Source of the DNA: Pseudonocardia sp.
GTDB taxonomy: Bacteria; Actinomycetota; Actinomycetes; Mycobacteriales; Pseudonocardiaceae
Assembly: GCA_026785945.1 (NCBI GenBank)
Contig: JAJAZD010000286.1
Location: 13,063-77,062 of the forward strand
Reading direction: 5' to 3'
Length of the DNA stretch: 64,000 bases
Shown here: piece by piece, positions 20,301 through 30,404 of the stretch
Numbering within the stretch: the first letter of the stretch is position 1
Layout: the number at the start of each line of letters is the position of its first letter
Notes under the pieces: generated by a model
What the model was told of the DNA's origin: nothing
Database searches by the model: none
Seen by the model: only the letters and a program-made list of their open reading frames with translations
Program-made: the position numbers and the translations under genes

Positions 20301-21491
20301 TCAGTCCGGCAGCAGGGGGACGGCGAGGCCCTGGTCCTGGCCGAGCTGGGTGGCCCGCGTGACGGCCTGCGCGCCGAACCGGTCGCGCAGGGAGTCCAGC
20401 GTGACGTCCAGCGCGGGTCCGCAGTGGGGTGTGAAGGGCAGCGCGAGCTGGACCGCGCGGTCGTCGTCCAGATTGGCGAGCGACACCCCGAGCAGGGTCA
20501 GGCCGTCACCGAGGATCCGCGGTGTCGCGGCGGCGAGCAGGGTGCGCGCGGCGGCGAGGATCGTCGCGGTGTGCGCGGTCGGCTCGGCGAGGGTGTGGGA
20601 GCGGGTGGCGCGGGTGAAGTCGGCGAACCGCAGCCGGAGGACCACGGTGCGGCAGACGCGGTGTGCGGCGCGGAGCCGACGGCCCAGCCGGTCGACGGTG
20701 CCGGCGAGGATCACATCCAGTTCCGACGGGGTCCGCGACCGCCGGCCGAGCGCGCGTTGGGACCCGATGGAGCGCCGCCGCCGCGTGGTGTCGACCGGTC
20801 GCGGATCGAGGTTGTGGGCCAGCGCGTGCAGGTGCCCGCCGGCGGCCGGACCGAGGATCGACACCAGCGCGGGCCGGCCGAGCCGGGCCACCTCCCCGAC
20901 GGTGCGGACCCCGAGCGCGCGCAGCTTCCCCGCGGTGACGGTGCCGACCCCCCAGAGCCGCTCCACCGGCAACGGGTGCAGGAACCTGAGCTCCCCGTCG
21001 GGTGGGACGAGGAGCAGGCCGTCGGGCTTGGCCACCCCGCTGGCGACCTTGGCCAGGAACTTCGTGCGGGCGATCCCGACGGTGATGGGCAGCCCGACCT
21101 GCTCCAGTACGTCGCGCCGCAGGGCCGCAGCGATGTCCAGTGGCGCGCCCGCGATCCGCCACAGCCCGCCGACCTCGAGGAACGCCTCGTCGATGGAGAG
21201 GGGCTCGACCAGCGGTGTGGTCCGGGAGAACACGGCGAACACGGCCTTGCTCGCCGAGGAGTAGGCGGACATCCGTGGTGGGACGACCACCGCGTGCGGG
21301 CAGAGCAGGCGCGCCTGCCGGCTGTTCATCGCGGTGCGGACGCCGTGTGCCTTGGCCTCGTAGCTGGCGGCCAGCACGACGCCTGCCCCGACGATCACCG
21401 GGCGGGCACGCAGCCGCGGGTCGTCGCGCTGCTCCACCGACGCGTAGAACGCGTCGAGGTCGGCGTGCATGATCGTGGCGTCGCTCCGCAC
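20301..21491 (-). CDS. dinB: DNA polymerase IV
   Basis: MHADLDAFYASVEQ, SYEA, SIDEAFL, KFLAKVAS; GTG at 21491 (alternative ATG 21470). Confidence 0.95.
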   Translation of the reverse strand: MRSDATIMHADLDAFYASVEQRDDPRLRARPVIVGAGVVLAASYEAKAHGVRTAMNSRQARLLCPHAVVVPPRMSAYSSASKAVFAVFSRTTPLVEPLSIDEAFLEVGGLWRIAGAPLDIAAALRRDVLEQVGLPITVGIARTKFLAKVASGVAKPDGLLLVPPDGELRFLHPLPVERLWGVGTVTAGKLRALGVRTVGEVARLGRPALVSILGPAAGGHLHALAHNLDPRPVDTTRRRRSIGSQRALGRRSRTPSELDVILAGTVDRLGRRLRAAHRVCRTVVLRLRFADFTRATRSHTLAEPTAHTATILAAARTLLAAATPRILGDGLTLLGVSLANLDDDRAVQLALPFTPHCGPALDVTLDSLRDRFGAQAVTRATQLGQDQGLAVPLLPD

Positions 21492-21504
21492 GAACGTATG
21501 TTCG
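21491..21504. promoter_or_regulatory. LexA (SOS) box
   Basis: CGAAC-GTAT-GTTCG matches the actinobacterial CGAAC-N4-GTTCG and abuts the dinB start. Confidence 0.9.
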
Positions 21505-21717
21505 CACGCCCGGGTGTGCGGGCGCCATCGCGCGAACGCGGCGGCTGCGACCGGGCGGCCCCGCCTGTCGGACTCGGTTCGTGGTGTGGTCGCCGGATCG
21601 AGATGTGCTTCGTGGTCGGGTTGCGGGCCCGACAGCTGGGCCGGACACGACTGACGACCACGGTGGCGGCCCGCGCCGGGCGCTCGGCGCCCGGGTGCGG
21701 GGTCCAGCCGGAGGAGT

Positions 21718-22086
21718 TCATGCGCCCGCCTCCCGATGGGCCTCGGCACGGGCGCCGCGGGCTCGGGCCACGAGGGCTTCGAGGGTGGCGAGGTAGGCGT
21801 CGAAGGAATCTCGGCCATGAGGGGTCAGGCGTACCGAGGTGCTGCGCCGGGCGGCGTGGTCCTTGCGGGACTCCACGTACCCGGCTGCCTCGAGGGCGCT
21901 GATCTGCTTGGACAGCGCCGAGTCGCTGGTGCCGATGCTCTCGCGGAGGAAGGAGAACAGGACCCACTGGGCCGGTGCGAGCAGCGACAGGATGCTCAGG
22001 CGCGCCGGGGTGTGCACGAACTCGTCGATCGCCCCGACGGCGACCGGGCCCACGGGCCCGCCGCCGTACGCGGCCTCGGGCGTCAC
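21718..22086 (-). CDS. Winged-helix transcriptional regulator
   Basis: [20 protein letters not shown].....[17 protein letters not shown]. Confidence 0.85.
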   Translation of the reverse strand: MTPEAAYGGGPVGPVAVGAIDEFVHTPARLSILSLLAPAQWVLFSFLRESIGTSDSALSKQISALEAAGYVESRKDHAARRSTSVRLTPHGRDSFDAYLATLEALVARARGARAEAHREAGA

Positions 22087-22400
22087 GGCCGCAGGCTCGC
22101 GGCCGCCCGGGCCTGGACCGGGCGTGCGACGACGACGACGACGACGGCGGCGGCCGCGGCGGCGGCCACGGTGTTGGGCAGGGGCAGGTCCGCTGCTCGT
22201 GCGGCGAACTGGACGGCGATGTCGGCGAGCAGCGCCAGGACGAAGGTCGCGAGCAGTGCCGCCGTCCAGCCGCGCGAGGGCCTCGTGCGCAGCAGGGCGA
22301 CCGCCCTGGTCGTCCCGGCGGCGCCGAGAACCCCGATGACGAGCACGCTCGACCGGATCATGTCCGCGTCGATGACCAGGTGGAGGAAGCTGATGCGATG
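22083..22400 (-). CDS. Small membrane protein, possibly 5'-truncated
   Basis: Hydrophobic helices; stop overlaps the regulator start (GTGA); no clear start except ATG ~22361. Confidence 0.4.
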   Translation of the reverse strand, partial: HRISFLHLVIDADMIRSSVLVIGVLGAAGTTRAVALLRTRPSRGWTAALLATFVLALLADIAVQFAARAADLPLPNTVAAAAAAAVVVVVVARPVQARAAASLRP

Positions 22401-22838
22401 ACGTCGGTACTGGTGCTCAACGGCCCGAACCTGAACCTGCTGGGGACGCGGAGGCCGGAGGTCTACGGCACCACGACGCTCGCCGACGTCGATCGGCTCT
22501 GCCGCGACACCGCCGCCGGGCTGGGGCTGGACCTGGACTTCCGGCAGACCAACCACGAGGGCGTGCTCATCGACTGGATCCACGAAGCCGGGGATGTCCG
22601 TGACGTTCTCGGCGTCGTGCTCAACGCGGGCGCCTACACCCACACCTCGGTGGCCCTGCACGACGCGATCGAGGCGGTGGAGGTGCCGGTGGTCGAGGTC
22701 CACATCTCCAACGTCCATCGCCGGGAGGTGTTCCGGCACCACTCCTACGTCTCGGCGGTGGCGGCCGGAATCGTCGTCGGCTTCGGGGTGGAGGGCTACG
22801 CGCTGGCGATCCGCGGGTTGCCCGGATTGGCACGCTGA
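22398..22838 (+). CDS. aroQ: Type II 3-dehydroquinate dehydratase
   Basis: [39 protein letters not shown]. Confidence 0.96.
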   Translation: MTSVLVLNGPNLNLLGTRRPEVYGTTTLADVDRLCRDTAAGLGLDLDFRQTNHEGVLIDWIHEAGDVRDVLGVVLNAGAYTHTSVALHDAIEAVEVPVVEVHISNVHRREVFRHHSYVSAVAAGIVVGFGVEGYALAIRGLPGLAR

Positions 22839-22859
22839 GCGGGCGTTCCTCCCCGGGAC

Positions 22860-23422
22860 CGAGACGAACCCGTTGTCGACCAGCGCGATCAGCACGGCCA
22901 GGCTCCCGGCGACCACCGCCCCGACGATCGGCACGAACGCGCCGATGAACACCACCGCGGCCCGCGGCACCGCGAGCGGGACGCCGAGCACCACCTGCCC
23001 GACGCCGATGGCGACCGCGTCGACGACGGCGACGATCGCCGTCGCCCGCACGTGGCTCACCAGGGCGGCGAGGCTGCGCCGGCCGGCGACGTCCACGAGA
23101 CGGCGGCGTTCACGCTGGACGACAGCTGGGTGGCCGGTGCGGGCAGCCCCTCCGCGACCGTGACGACCACGAAGGCCACTACGCCCAGGAGGACGGCGAG
23201 GCCGCAGATCATCACCAGCGTCGCCGCGACGCTGCGGGGGACCCGGTGCGCCTGCAGCCAGGCGACCGCGGGTGAGAGCGGGGCGGCGAGCAACAACGCG
23301 ATCGCGAGCGGGATGACGACACCGGGCAGGTACGCCATGACCATGCCCAGCACGTAGAGCGCGGCCAGGACCACGAGCAGTCGCCGGCCCAGAGCCGCGC
23401 TGATCCGCAGTGCCCGGGGCAC
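22860..23422 (-). pseudogene. AI-2E/PerM family transporter remnant
   Basis: VVIPLAIALLLAA in one frame, AFVPIVGAVVAG in another; middle and C-terminus missing. Confidence 0.75.
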
Positions 23423-23552
23423 CAAGGGGGCGCACGTCCTCGGCGGATCGCGCTCGGCCTCACCGAGGATCCCGCGCTGCGCGTGCACCTGCACGCCACG
23501 TTCTCCCGGTGGACGGCACCGGCATGCTGACGCGCCTGCCGTTCCCCGCCGC

Positions 23553-23945
23553 TCAGGTGAGGGCGTGGCCGATGGTCGCGTCGACGTGGTCGGGGACCTC
23601 GTCGTGGCGGTCGCCGACGGACAGGGTGCCCGTCGGCTCGAACATCAGGATCGACGCCCCGGACGGCGACGACGGCCTGTGCTCGACGCCGCGCGGGACG
23701 ACGAACACCGCCCCCCGCGACAGCGAGACGGCCCGCTCGGTGCCGTTCTCCCGCATCGCGATGCCCAGCTCCCCGTCGAGGACGAGGAAGAACTCGTCGG
23801 TGTGGTCGTGGGCGTGCCAGACGTGCTCGCCGGCCACCTTCGCGATCCGCACGTCGTAGTCGTTGACGCGGGTGACGATGCGCGGGCTCCACAGCGCGTC
23901 GAACCCGGCCAGTGCGGTCTGCAGGTCGATCGGATCGGTGCTCAC
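23553..23945 (-). CDS. Cupin-domain protein
   Basis: WSPRIVTRVNDYDVRIAKV.GEHVWHAH..TDEFFLVL..PRGVEH. Confidence 0.88.
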   Translation of the reverse strand: MSTDPIDLQTALAGFDALWSPRIVTRVNDYDVRIAKVAGEHVWHAHDHTDEFFLVLDGELGIAMRENGTERAVSLSRGAVFVVPRGVEHRPSSPSGASILMFEPTGTLSVGDRHDEVPDHVDATIGHALT

Positions 23946-24098
23946 CCGTCCGATGATGCCGCGTACCGGTCGCGTTGCGCGCCCGATCCGGCGGGCGGGC
24001 GGGGACGGGACCACCTGCGTCAGCAGGGCGCCGGCGTAGGTGTGCAGGTCGTCGGTCGCCGTCGGGGAACCGGCCAGGTGGCGGAGGAGGGACTGCCG

Positions 24099-24344
24099 GA
24101 ACACCCGGCCGTCCGCGAGTGCGGGGTCGTCGGGCTGCCGGACGAGAAATGGGGTGAGCGGGTCGCCGCTGTGCTGCAGCCGCAACCCGGCGCGACGCTG
24201 ACACCCGAGGAGATCATGTCGTTCGTCAAGGCCCGGATCGGCAGTGTGAACACCCCGAAGCAGGTGGAGATCTGGCCCGACCTGCCCCGCTCGAAGGTGG
24301 GCAAGATCCTCAAGACCGACATCCGGGCGCGCCTGCTCGGCTGA
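24099..24344 (+). pseudogene. C-terminal remnant of an acyl-CoA synthetase
   Basis: HPAVRECGVVGLPDEKWGE..LPRSKVGKILK only; no adenylation core or start. Confidence 0.8.
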
Positions 24345-24358
24345 GGGCGGTCGGACGC

Positions 24359-25645
24359 TCAGACGTGCGCGGGCGCCGGGCTGCGGAGGTCGGCGGCGGG
24401 AAAGGGAGGGCGCTCGTCCAGACGCAGGCTCAGGCGGCCCGCGGCCCGCCAGGCGCGGGCGGTCAGGTCGCGGTCGGCGTCGGTCACCAGGTTGCCCATC
24501 ACGCGCAGTGCCACGGTCATCAGCGCGCGCGACCGCATCCCGACCGGACCGGCGAGCGGCAGGAGCCGGGGCACCGTGAGGAGGCCGGCGAGGCGGCGGG
24601 CGATGGAGAACGCCTGGCCGTAGTGGGTGCGCAGGGTGGCGGGCCAGGCCACTGCGAGGTCACGCTCGCCGGCCATCAGCTCGGCCACCAGGCGTCCGGT
24701 CTCCAGGCCGTAGTCGATGCCCTCGCCGTTGAGCGGGTTGACGCAGCCCGCGGCATCGCCGATCAGCGCCCAGTTGGGTCCCGCCACGTTCGACACCGCA
24801 CCGCCCATCGGGAGCAGCGCCGACGCCGGGGCGCGGACGGGCCCGACGAGCTGCCAGTCCTCGCGACGGGCGTCGGCGTAGTGCTCGATCAGGCCCCGCA
24901 GCCGGACCGCGGCCGGACGCTTCGCGGTGGCGAGCGTTCCCACGCCGATGTTCACCTGGCCGTCCGACAGCGGGAACACCCAGCCGTATCCGGCCAGGAC
25001 CTCGTCGTTCTCCCCGCGCAGCTCCAGGTGCGAGGAGATCCACGGGTCGTCACTGCGGCCCGACGTCACATAGCCCCGCGCGGCCACGCCGTACACGGTC
25101 TCCTTGTGCCACTCCCGGCCCAGCACCCGGCCGAGCGTCGAGCGGGCGCCGTCGGCGACGACCAGGCGCTCGCAGAGGATCGTCTGCTTCTCACCGGCCC
25201 GGTCGAACACCACGCCGGTCACGCGGTCGCCGTCCCGCACGACGTCGACGGCCTTCACGCCCTCGACCGGTGTCGCCCCCGACTCCAGCGCCACCTCGCG
25301 GATGCGCGCATCGAGCTCCAGGCGCGGAACCGCGCCACCGTGGTCGGGCAGCGACCCGCCCGGCCACGGCAGCTCCAGCACCTGCCCGAACCCGGTGGCG
25401 CGCAGCCCACGGTTCGTCCCGTGGGCGCGGACCCACTCGCCGAGGCCCAGGTGGTCGAGCTCGGCGATCGCGCGCGGGGTCAGGCCGTCGCCGCAGGGCT
25501 TGTCACGGGGGAAGGTGGCCGCGTCCGCGAGCACGACGTCGCAGCCGTGCCGCGACGCCCACACCGCGGCGGCGGCACCGGCCGGCCCGGCTCCCACGAC
25601 GAGCACATCGGTCGAGGTGGGGGCGGTCGAGGTGGGCTCGGGCAT
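24359..25645 (-). CDS. Geranylgeranyl reductase family FAD oxidoreductase (MenJ-like)
   Basis: VVGAGPAG, FPRDKPCGDGLTPRA, GYGWVFP, IGDAAG.VNPLNGEGI. Confidence 0.88.
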   Translation of the reverse strand: MPEPTSTAPTSTDVLVVGAGPAGAAAAVWASRHGCDVVLADAATFPRDKPCGDGLTPRAIAELDHLGLGEWVRAHGTNRGLRATGFGQVLELPWPGGSLPDHGGAVPRLELDARIREVALESGATPVEGVKAVDVVRDGDRVTGVVFDRAGEKQTILCERLVVADGARSTLGRVLGREWHKETVYGVAARGYVTSGRSDDPWISSHLELRGENDEVLAGYGWVFPLSDGQVNIGVGTLATAKRPAAVRLRGLIEHYADARREDWQLVGPVRAPASALLPMGGAVSNVAGPNWALIGDAAGCVNPLNGEGIDYGLETGRLVAELMAGERDLAVAWPATLRTHYGQAFSIARRLAGLLTVPRLLPLAGPVGMRSRALMTVALRVMGNLVTDADRDLTARAWRAAGRLSLRLDERPPFPAADLRSPAPAHV

Positions 25646-25720
25646 GGCTCCAGTATCGCGACGGTCGGGCCGCGGTGCGCGCCGCACCGCAGCGACCCGC
25701 GTCTCAGTCGGCTTGATGTT

Positions 25721-25746
25721 CTGACGTCTCAGTCTCAGGATGTCAG
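25721..25746. promoter_or_regulatory. Inverted repeat, probable TetR operator
   Basis: CTGACGTC-N10-GATGTCAG (7/8 palindromic) directly before the TetR start. Confidence 0.45.
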
Positions 25747-25747
25747 G

Positions 25748-26320
25748 GTGTCAGTCCGAACCGCACTCCACACCGATGCGCTCCTCACCGCCGCGTTCGA
25801 GTCCTTCGCCCGGTACGGCTTCACCCGCACCACGATGGCGGACGTGGCGTCGGCGGCCGGGATGTCCCGTCCCGCGCTCTACCTGCGGGTGGCGAACAAG
25901 GACGAGCTGTTGCGGCTCGTCGCCGCCGCCCTGCTGAACGCCTCGCTGGAGCGCGCCCGCACCGCGGAGGCCTCGGACGGGCCGGTCGACGCCCGCGTCG
26001 ACGGCGTTCTGCAGGCCAAGCTCGGCATGACGCTCGAACTGGCCGCACACTCCGCACACGCGGTCGAACTGCTCGACTCCTACCACCGGCTCGCTGCCGA
26101 CGAGTCCGCGCGCTTTCTCGCGACGGTCGAGGACCTGGTCGCGGGCGCGCTCGCCGACACCGGTGCGCCCCGCGAGCGGTGCGTCGACCTCGCAACCGCC
26201 CTGACCCGCGCCGTGACCGGACTGGAACAGGACCCGGCCGCCGCCCACTCGGCCCGGCACCTGCTCGGTGAACTCGTCCGGGCCACCGTCGCCGGTCTCT
26301 CCCGACCACTCCCCAGCTGA
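25748..26320 (+). CDS. TetR/AcrR family regulator
   Basis: LLTAAFESFARYGFTRTTMADVASAAGMSRPALY. Confidence 0.9.
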   Translation: MSVRTALHTDALLTAAFESFARYGFTRTTMADVASAAGMSRPALYLRVANKDELLRLVAAALLNASLERARTAEASDGPVDARVDGVLQAKLGMTLELAAHSAHAVELLDSYHRLAADESARFLATVEDLVAGALADTGAPRERCVDLATALTRAVTGLEQDPAAAHSARHLLGELVRATVAGLSRPLPS

Positions 26321-26354
26321 GAAGGACACCCATGTCAGAGCTCGGCTCCTCCCG

Positions 26355-27407
26355 ATGACGATCCTGATCTACGGCGCCGCCGGTTACACCGGCGCGCTCG
26401 TCGCCCGCTACGCCCGGGACGCCGGCGTGCGGCCGGTGGTTGCCGGGCGCGACGGCGCCGCGGTGCGGGCGGTCGCCGCCGAGCTCGGACTGCCCGCGCG
26501 GGTGTTCGCGCTCGACGCGCTCGACGCGGGCCTCGACGGAATCACCACGGTGCTGAACACGGCCGGCTCGTTCGGGACGACCGGCCCACCTCTGCTCGAC
26601 GCGTGCCTCGCCCGCGGCGTGCACTATGTCGACCTCGCCGGTGAGGTGCCCGCCGTCGAGGCCGTGGCCCGGCGGCACGACGCGGCGCTCGTCGCCGGGG
26701 TGATGATGTTGCCGGGCGCCGGCTTCGGCGTGGTCGCCACCGACATCGCGGCTGCCCGTGCCGCGGCGGCGGTCGACGGGGCCGTCGAGCTGGAGATCGC
26801 CTTCCGCACGGTCGGCGGGGTCTCGCGCGGCACGGCCGCCGGGCTGCTCCCGACGCTGCACCACGCCGGCGTCACCCGCATCGACGGCCGGCTCGTCCCG
26901 GCGACACCGGGGTCGCGGTCCCTGAGCGTGGACTTCGGCGACGGGCGCCCCCGGACGGTCGTGCTGAACCCCTGGCGCGCCGACCTGGTGACCGCCGCAT
27001 ACAGCACGGGAGCGAGAACGGTCACGACCTACCAGGATCTGCCCGCGCCGCTACGGCTGCTGATGCGGCCCGCGCCCCGGCTCGTGGGCGCGCTGGACTC
27101 GTCCCTGTGGCAGGGGCTGTTGCGGCGGACCGTGCGGCTCTTGCCGCCCGGCCCCAGCCGTCGCGGTCTCGCCTCCGGGCATGTCGAGGTGTGGGCACGT
27201 GCGCGTGACGGCGCGGGTGCTCGCGCCGAGGTGCGGCTGCGCGGTCCCGAGGCCTACGCCTTCACCGCGCGGTCCGCCGTCGCCGTGCTGCACCGGATCG
27301 AGGGCGGTGACGCGCCCACCGGGTTCCGCACGCCGGTCACCGCCTACGGAACCGCTCTGGCCTCCGACATCGAGGGCGTCGAGATCGACGGACGGCCCAC
27401 ACGCTGA
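26355..27407 (+). CDS. Saccharopine dehydrogenase-like NAD(P) oxidoreductase
   Basis: ILIYGAAGYTG, LNTAGSF, HYVDLAGE, GAGFGVV. Confidence 0.85.
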   Translation: MTILIYGAAGYTGALVARYARDAGVRPVVAGRDGAAVRAVAAELGLPARVFALDALDAGLDGITTVLNTAGSFGTTGPPLLDACLARGVHYVDLAGEVPAVEAVARRHDAALVAGVMMLPGAGFGVVATDIAAARAAAAVDGAVELEIAFRTVGGVSRGTAAGLLPTLHHAGVTRIDGRLVPATPGSRSLSVDFGDGRPRTVVLNPWRADLVTAAYSTGARTVTTYQDLPAPLRLLMRPAPRLVGALDSSLWQGLLRRTVRLLPPGPSRRGLASGHVEVWARARDGAGARAEVRLRGPEAYAFTARSAVAVLHRIEGGDAPTGFRTPVTAYGTALASDIEGVEIDGRPTR

Positions 27408-27840
27408 CCGAGGCGCGTGACGCCGCCCTCAGGAGCGGACGAGCCGGGCGATCGAGCCTGAGAGTTTCGCGCACCTTCTGCTGGGCCCGCTCGCGCCGGC
27501 AGCGGCGGCGTGGACGACACAGGTGGACAGGTGCTCGTCCTGCTCCGCTGCCGACCTGCCCGCCGTCCCTCCACGAACGGTGCGGCTGCCGTCGACCGTC
27601 GACCGCCGTTCACCGCCTGGCCACTGACCGTCGGGCGCGCAACCGACCTGGTCGGAAGGATGACCAGGCCAGACGTACCTTCCGCGGCCCACGACGGTCG
27701 GCCTGCGAATACTCTGGGTGATGCGCGTCATTTCCGGGGTGCCCCCCGGGACCACGCGCGCCGGCGGCCGCCGCGCGGAATCCCCTCCACCCCGGCGGTC
27801 GCCGGCCCACATGGTCTTCGTCGACGGCACCTCGGCGGGT

Positions 27841-29112
27841 TCAGACGAGGAACCGATAGGCGGTGGTGCCCGGCGCCACGAGCTGGATGGTCAGCGGGCT
27901 CGCCTCCATCCTCTTCCACAGCGGCTCGTAGGCCTCGCGGCTGCTGATCTCGACGCCGACCAGTGCCGCGCCGGTCTCGCGGTTGTCGCGCTTGACGTAG
28001 GTGAACAGCGCGATGTCGTCGTCGGCGCCGAGCACCTCGTCGAGGAACCGGCGCAGGGCACCGGGCTCCTGCGGGAACTCCACGAGGAAGTAGTGCTTGA
28101 GTCCGCGGTGCACCAGTGAGCGCTCGACGACCTCGGCGTAGCGGCTCACGTCGTTGTTGCCGCCCGAGAGCAGGCAGACGACGGTCGCGCCGGGGGACAC
28201 CGCGATCTCCTCGCCCAGCGCGGCGGCGGCGAGCGCGCCCGCGGGCTCCGCGATGATCCCGTCGACCTGGTAGAGGTCCAGCATCTCGGTGCACACCCGG
28301 CCCTCGGCCACCGTCACCAGCTCGGCGCCACAGTCGCGCACCAGGGGGAACGTCACGTCCCCGACGCGGCGCACCGCGGCGCCGTCGACGAACGTGTCGA
28401 GCTCGCGCAGCACCACCGGCCCTCCCGCGGCCAGCGCCGCCGCCATGCCGGCCGCGCCCGCCGGTTCCACCCCGACGATCCGTACCTGCGGGTGGTGCGC
28501 CGCGAACCAGCTGCCGACGCCGGCGAGCAGCCCGCCCCCGCCCACCGGCAGCACCACCACGTCGGGGGCGCGTCCGAGCTGCGCGACGATCTCGACGCCG
28601 ACGGTGCCCTGCCCGGCGATCGTCCTTGGGTCGTCGAACGCGGGGACCACGGTGGCGCCGGTGCGCGCGGCGTGCTCGGCCGCGGCGGCGGCCGCCTCGT
28701 CGTAGGTGTCACCGCCCACCACCAGCTCGACGGCCCCGCCGCCGAGCGCCAGGATCCGTTCGCGCTTCTGGCGGGGCGTGGTGCTGGGGACGTGCACCCG
28801 CCCTCGAATCCCTAGCTCTGCGCACGCATACGCAACGCCCTGACCGTGGTTGCCCGCACTCGCGCACACCGCCCCCGCCGCTCGCTGCGCGGCGGTCAAC
28901 CCGGCGAGCAGGTTGTACGCCCCGCGCAGTTTGTAGGAACGACCGATCTGCAGGTCTTCGCGCTTGAGCCGGACCCGGGTGCCCGTGGCGGCCGACAGTC
29001 GTTCGCAGAGCTGCAGGGGAGTGGTCACGGCGACGCCGGCGAGCCGGACCGCGGCTGCGGCGACCGCGTCTGAGAGGGGGTGCACCGGTTGATTCTCCCG
29101 CGCGCCGCTCAA
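27841..29112 (-). CDS. ilvA: Threonine ammonia-lyase (short IlvA)
   Basis: REDLQIGRSYKLRGA (PLP Lys), ASAGNHGQG, PVGGGGL, one ACT domain HYFLVEFPQEPGALR. Confidence 0.93.
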   Translation of the reverse strand: MSGARENQPVHPLSDAVAAAAVRLAGVAVTTPLQLCERLSAATGTRVRLKREDLQIGRSYKLRGAYNLLAGLTAAQRAAGAVCASAGNHGQGVAYACAELGIRGRVHVPSTTPRQKRERILALGGGAVELVVGGDTYDEAAAAAAEHAARTGATVVPAFDDPRTIAGQGTVGVEIVAQLGRAPDVVVLPVGGGGLLAGVGSWFAAHHPQVRIVGVEPAGAAGMAAALAAGGPVVLRELDTFVDGAAVRRVGDVTFPLVRDCGAELVTVAEGRVCTEMLDLYQVDGIIAEPAGALAAAALGEEIAVSPGATVVCLLSGGNNDVSRYAEVVERSLVHRGLKHYFLVEFPQEPGALRRFLDEVLGADDDIALFTYVKRDNRETGAALVGVEISSREAYEPLWKRMEASPLTIQLVAPGTTAYRFLV

Positions 29113-29285
29113 GGCCCGTCGCGACCGTCATGCGCCCGCGCGCGACACCCGCCCGGGGCCCGATGCCTGGCACGGTTCCCACCCGGCACCACCGTCCCGG
29201 ACTTCGCCGGATCGTGAGACCCGAGTTGACCCTCCAGGTGAGGACCGCCCGAGCTGCGGGACACCTTCGCGAGCCTGGGGCGTCG

Positions 29286-29987
<702 letters not shown>

Positions 29988-30404
29988 TCAGGTCTTGTCC
30001 ATTTCTGTCGCGACAGTGCCCAGGGAATTGCTGTCGTAGCCGGCCCGGTTCCGGCTTTGGACGGCCGCCCGCCCCCTGCTCGAGGCCACACCTGGACGAG
30101 ATGAATATACGGTGAAGTTTCGACTGCTCAATGTGGCCTGTGACACACCACATGCGCCCTGACCTGCCATAATACGCTCACGACAGTGGACGTGAGGTGG
30201 CCGGCCGACCGACGGACGCGAAATTGCGAACCAAAACTCAAGAATCCGTTCCGAATAAGTGCCCATGACATGTGCGCGGCTGTCGATGGCATGCCGCGAC
30301 GCCCTTGTCGTGGACCAGTGTCCATGTGACGACAATGATCCGATGCAAGATATTGGGGCAAACCGGTGGTAAAGAATTCCTCTCAGCAGCATGGATCGCG
30401 TCTG

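Noticed and set aside
26332-26357. AAGGA RBS + ATG at 26332 out of frame with the dehydrogenase (possible programmed frameshift)
   Set aside because: Stops after 8 codons overlapping ATG 26355; no slippery site; a small indel or translational coupling is simpler.
27410-27840. 430-bp gap between convergent genes with several short ORFs
   Set aside because: No family motif or RNA structure that I can support.
30356-30390. GGGCAAACC resembling a c-di-GMP-I riboswitch
   Set aside because: No GAAA-capped stem or GGACGCAAA element follows.
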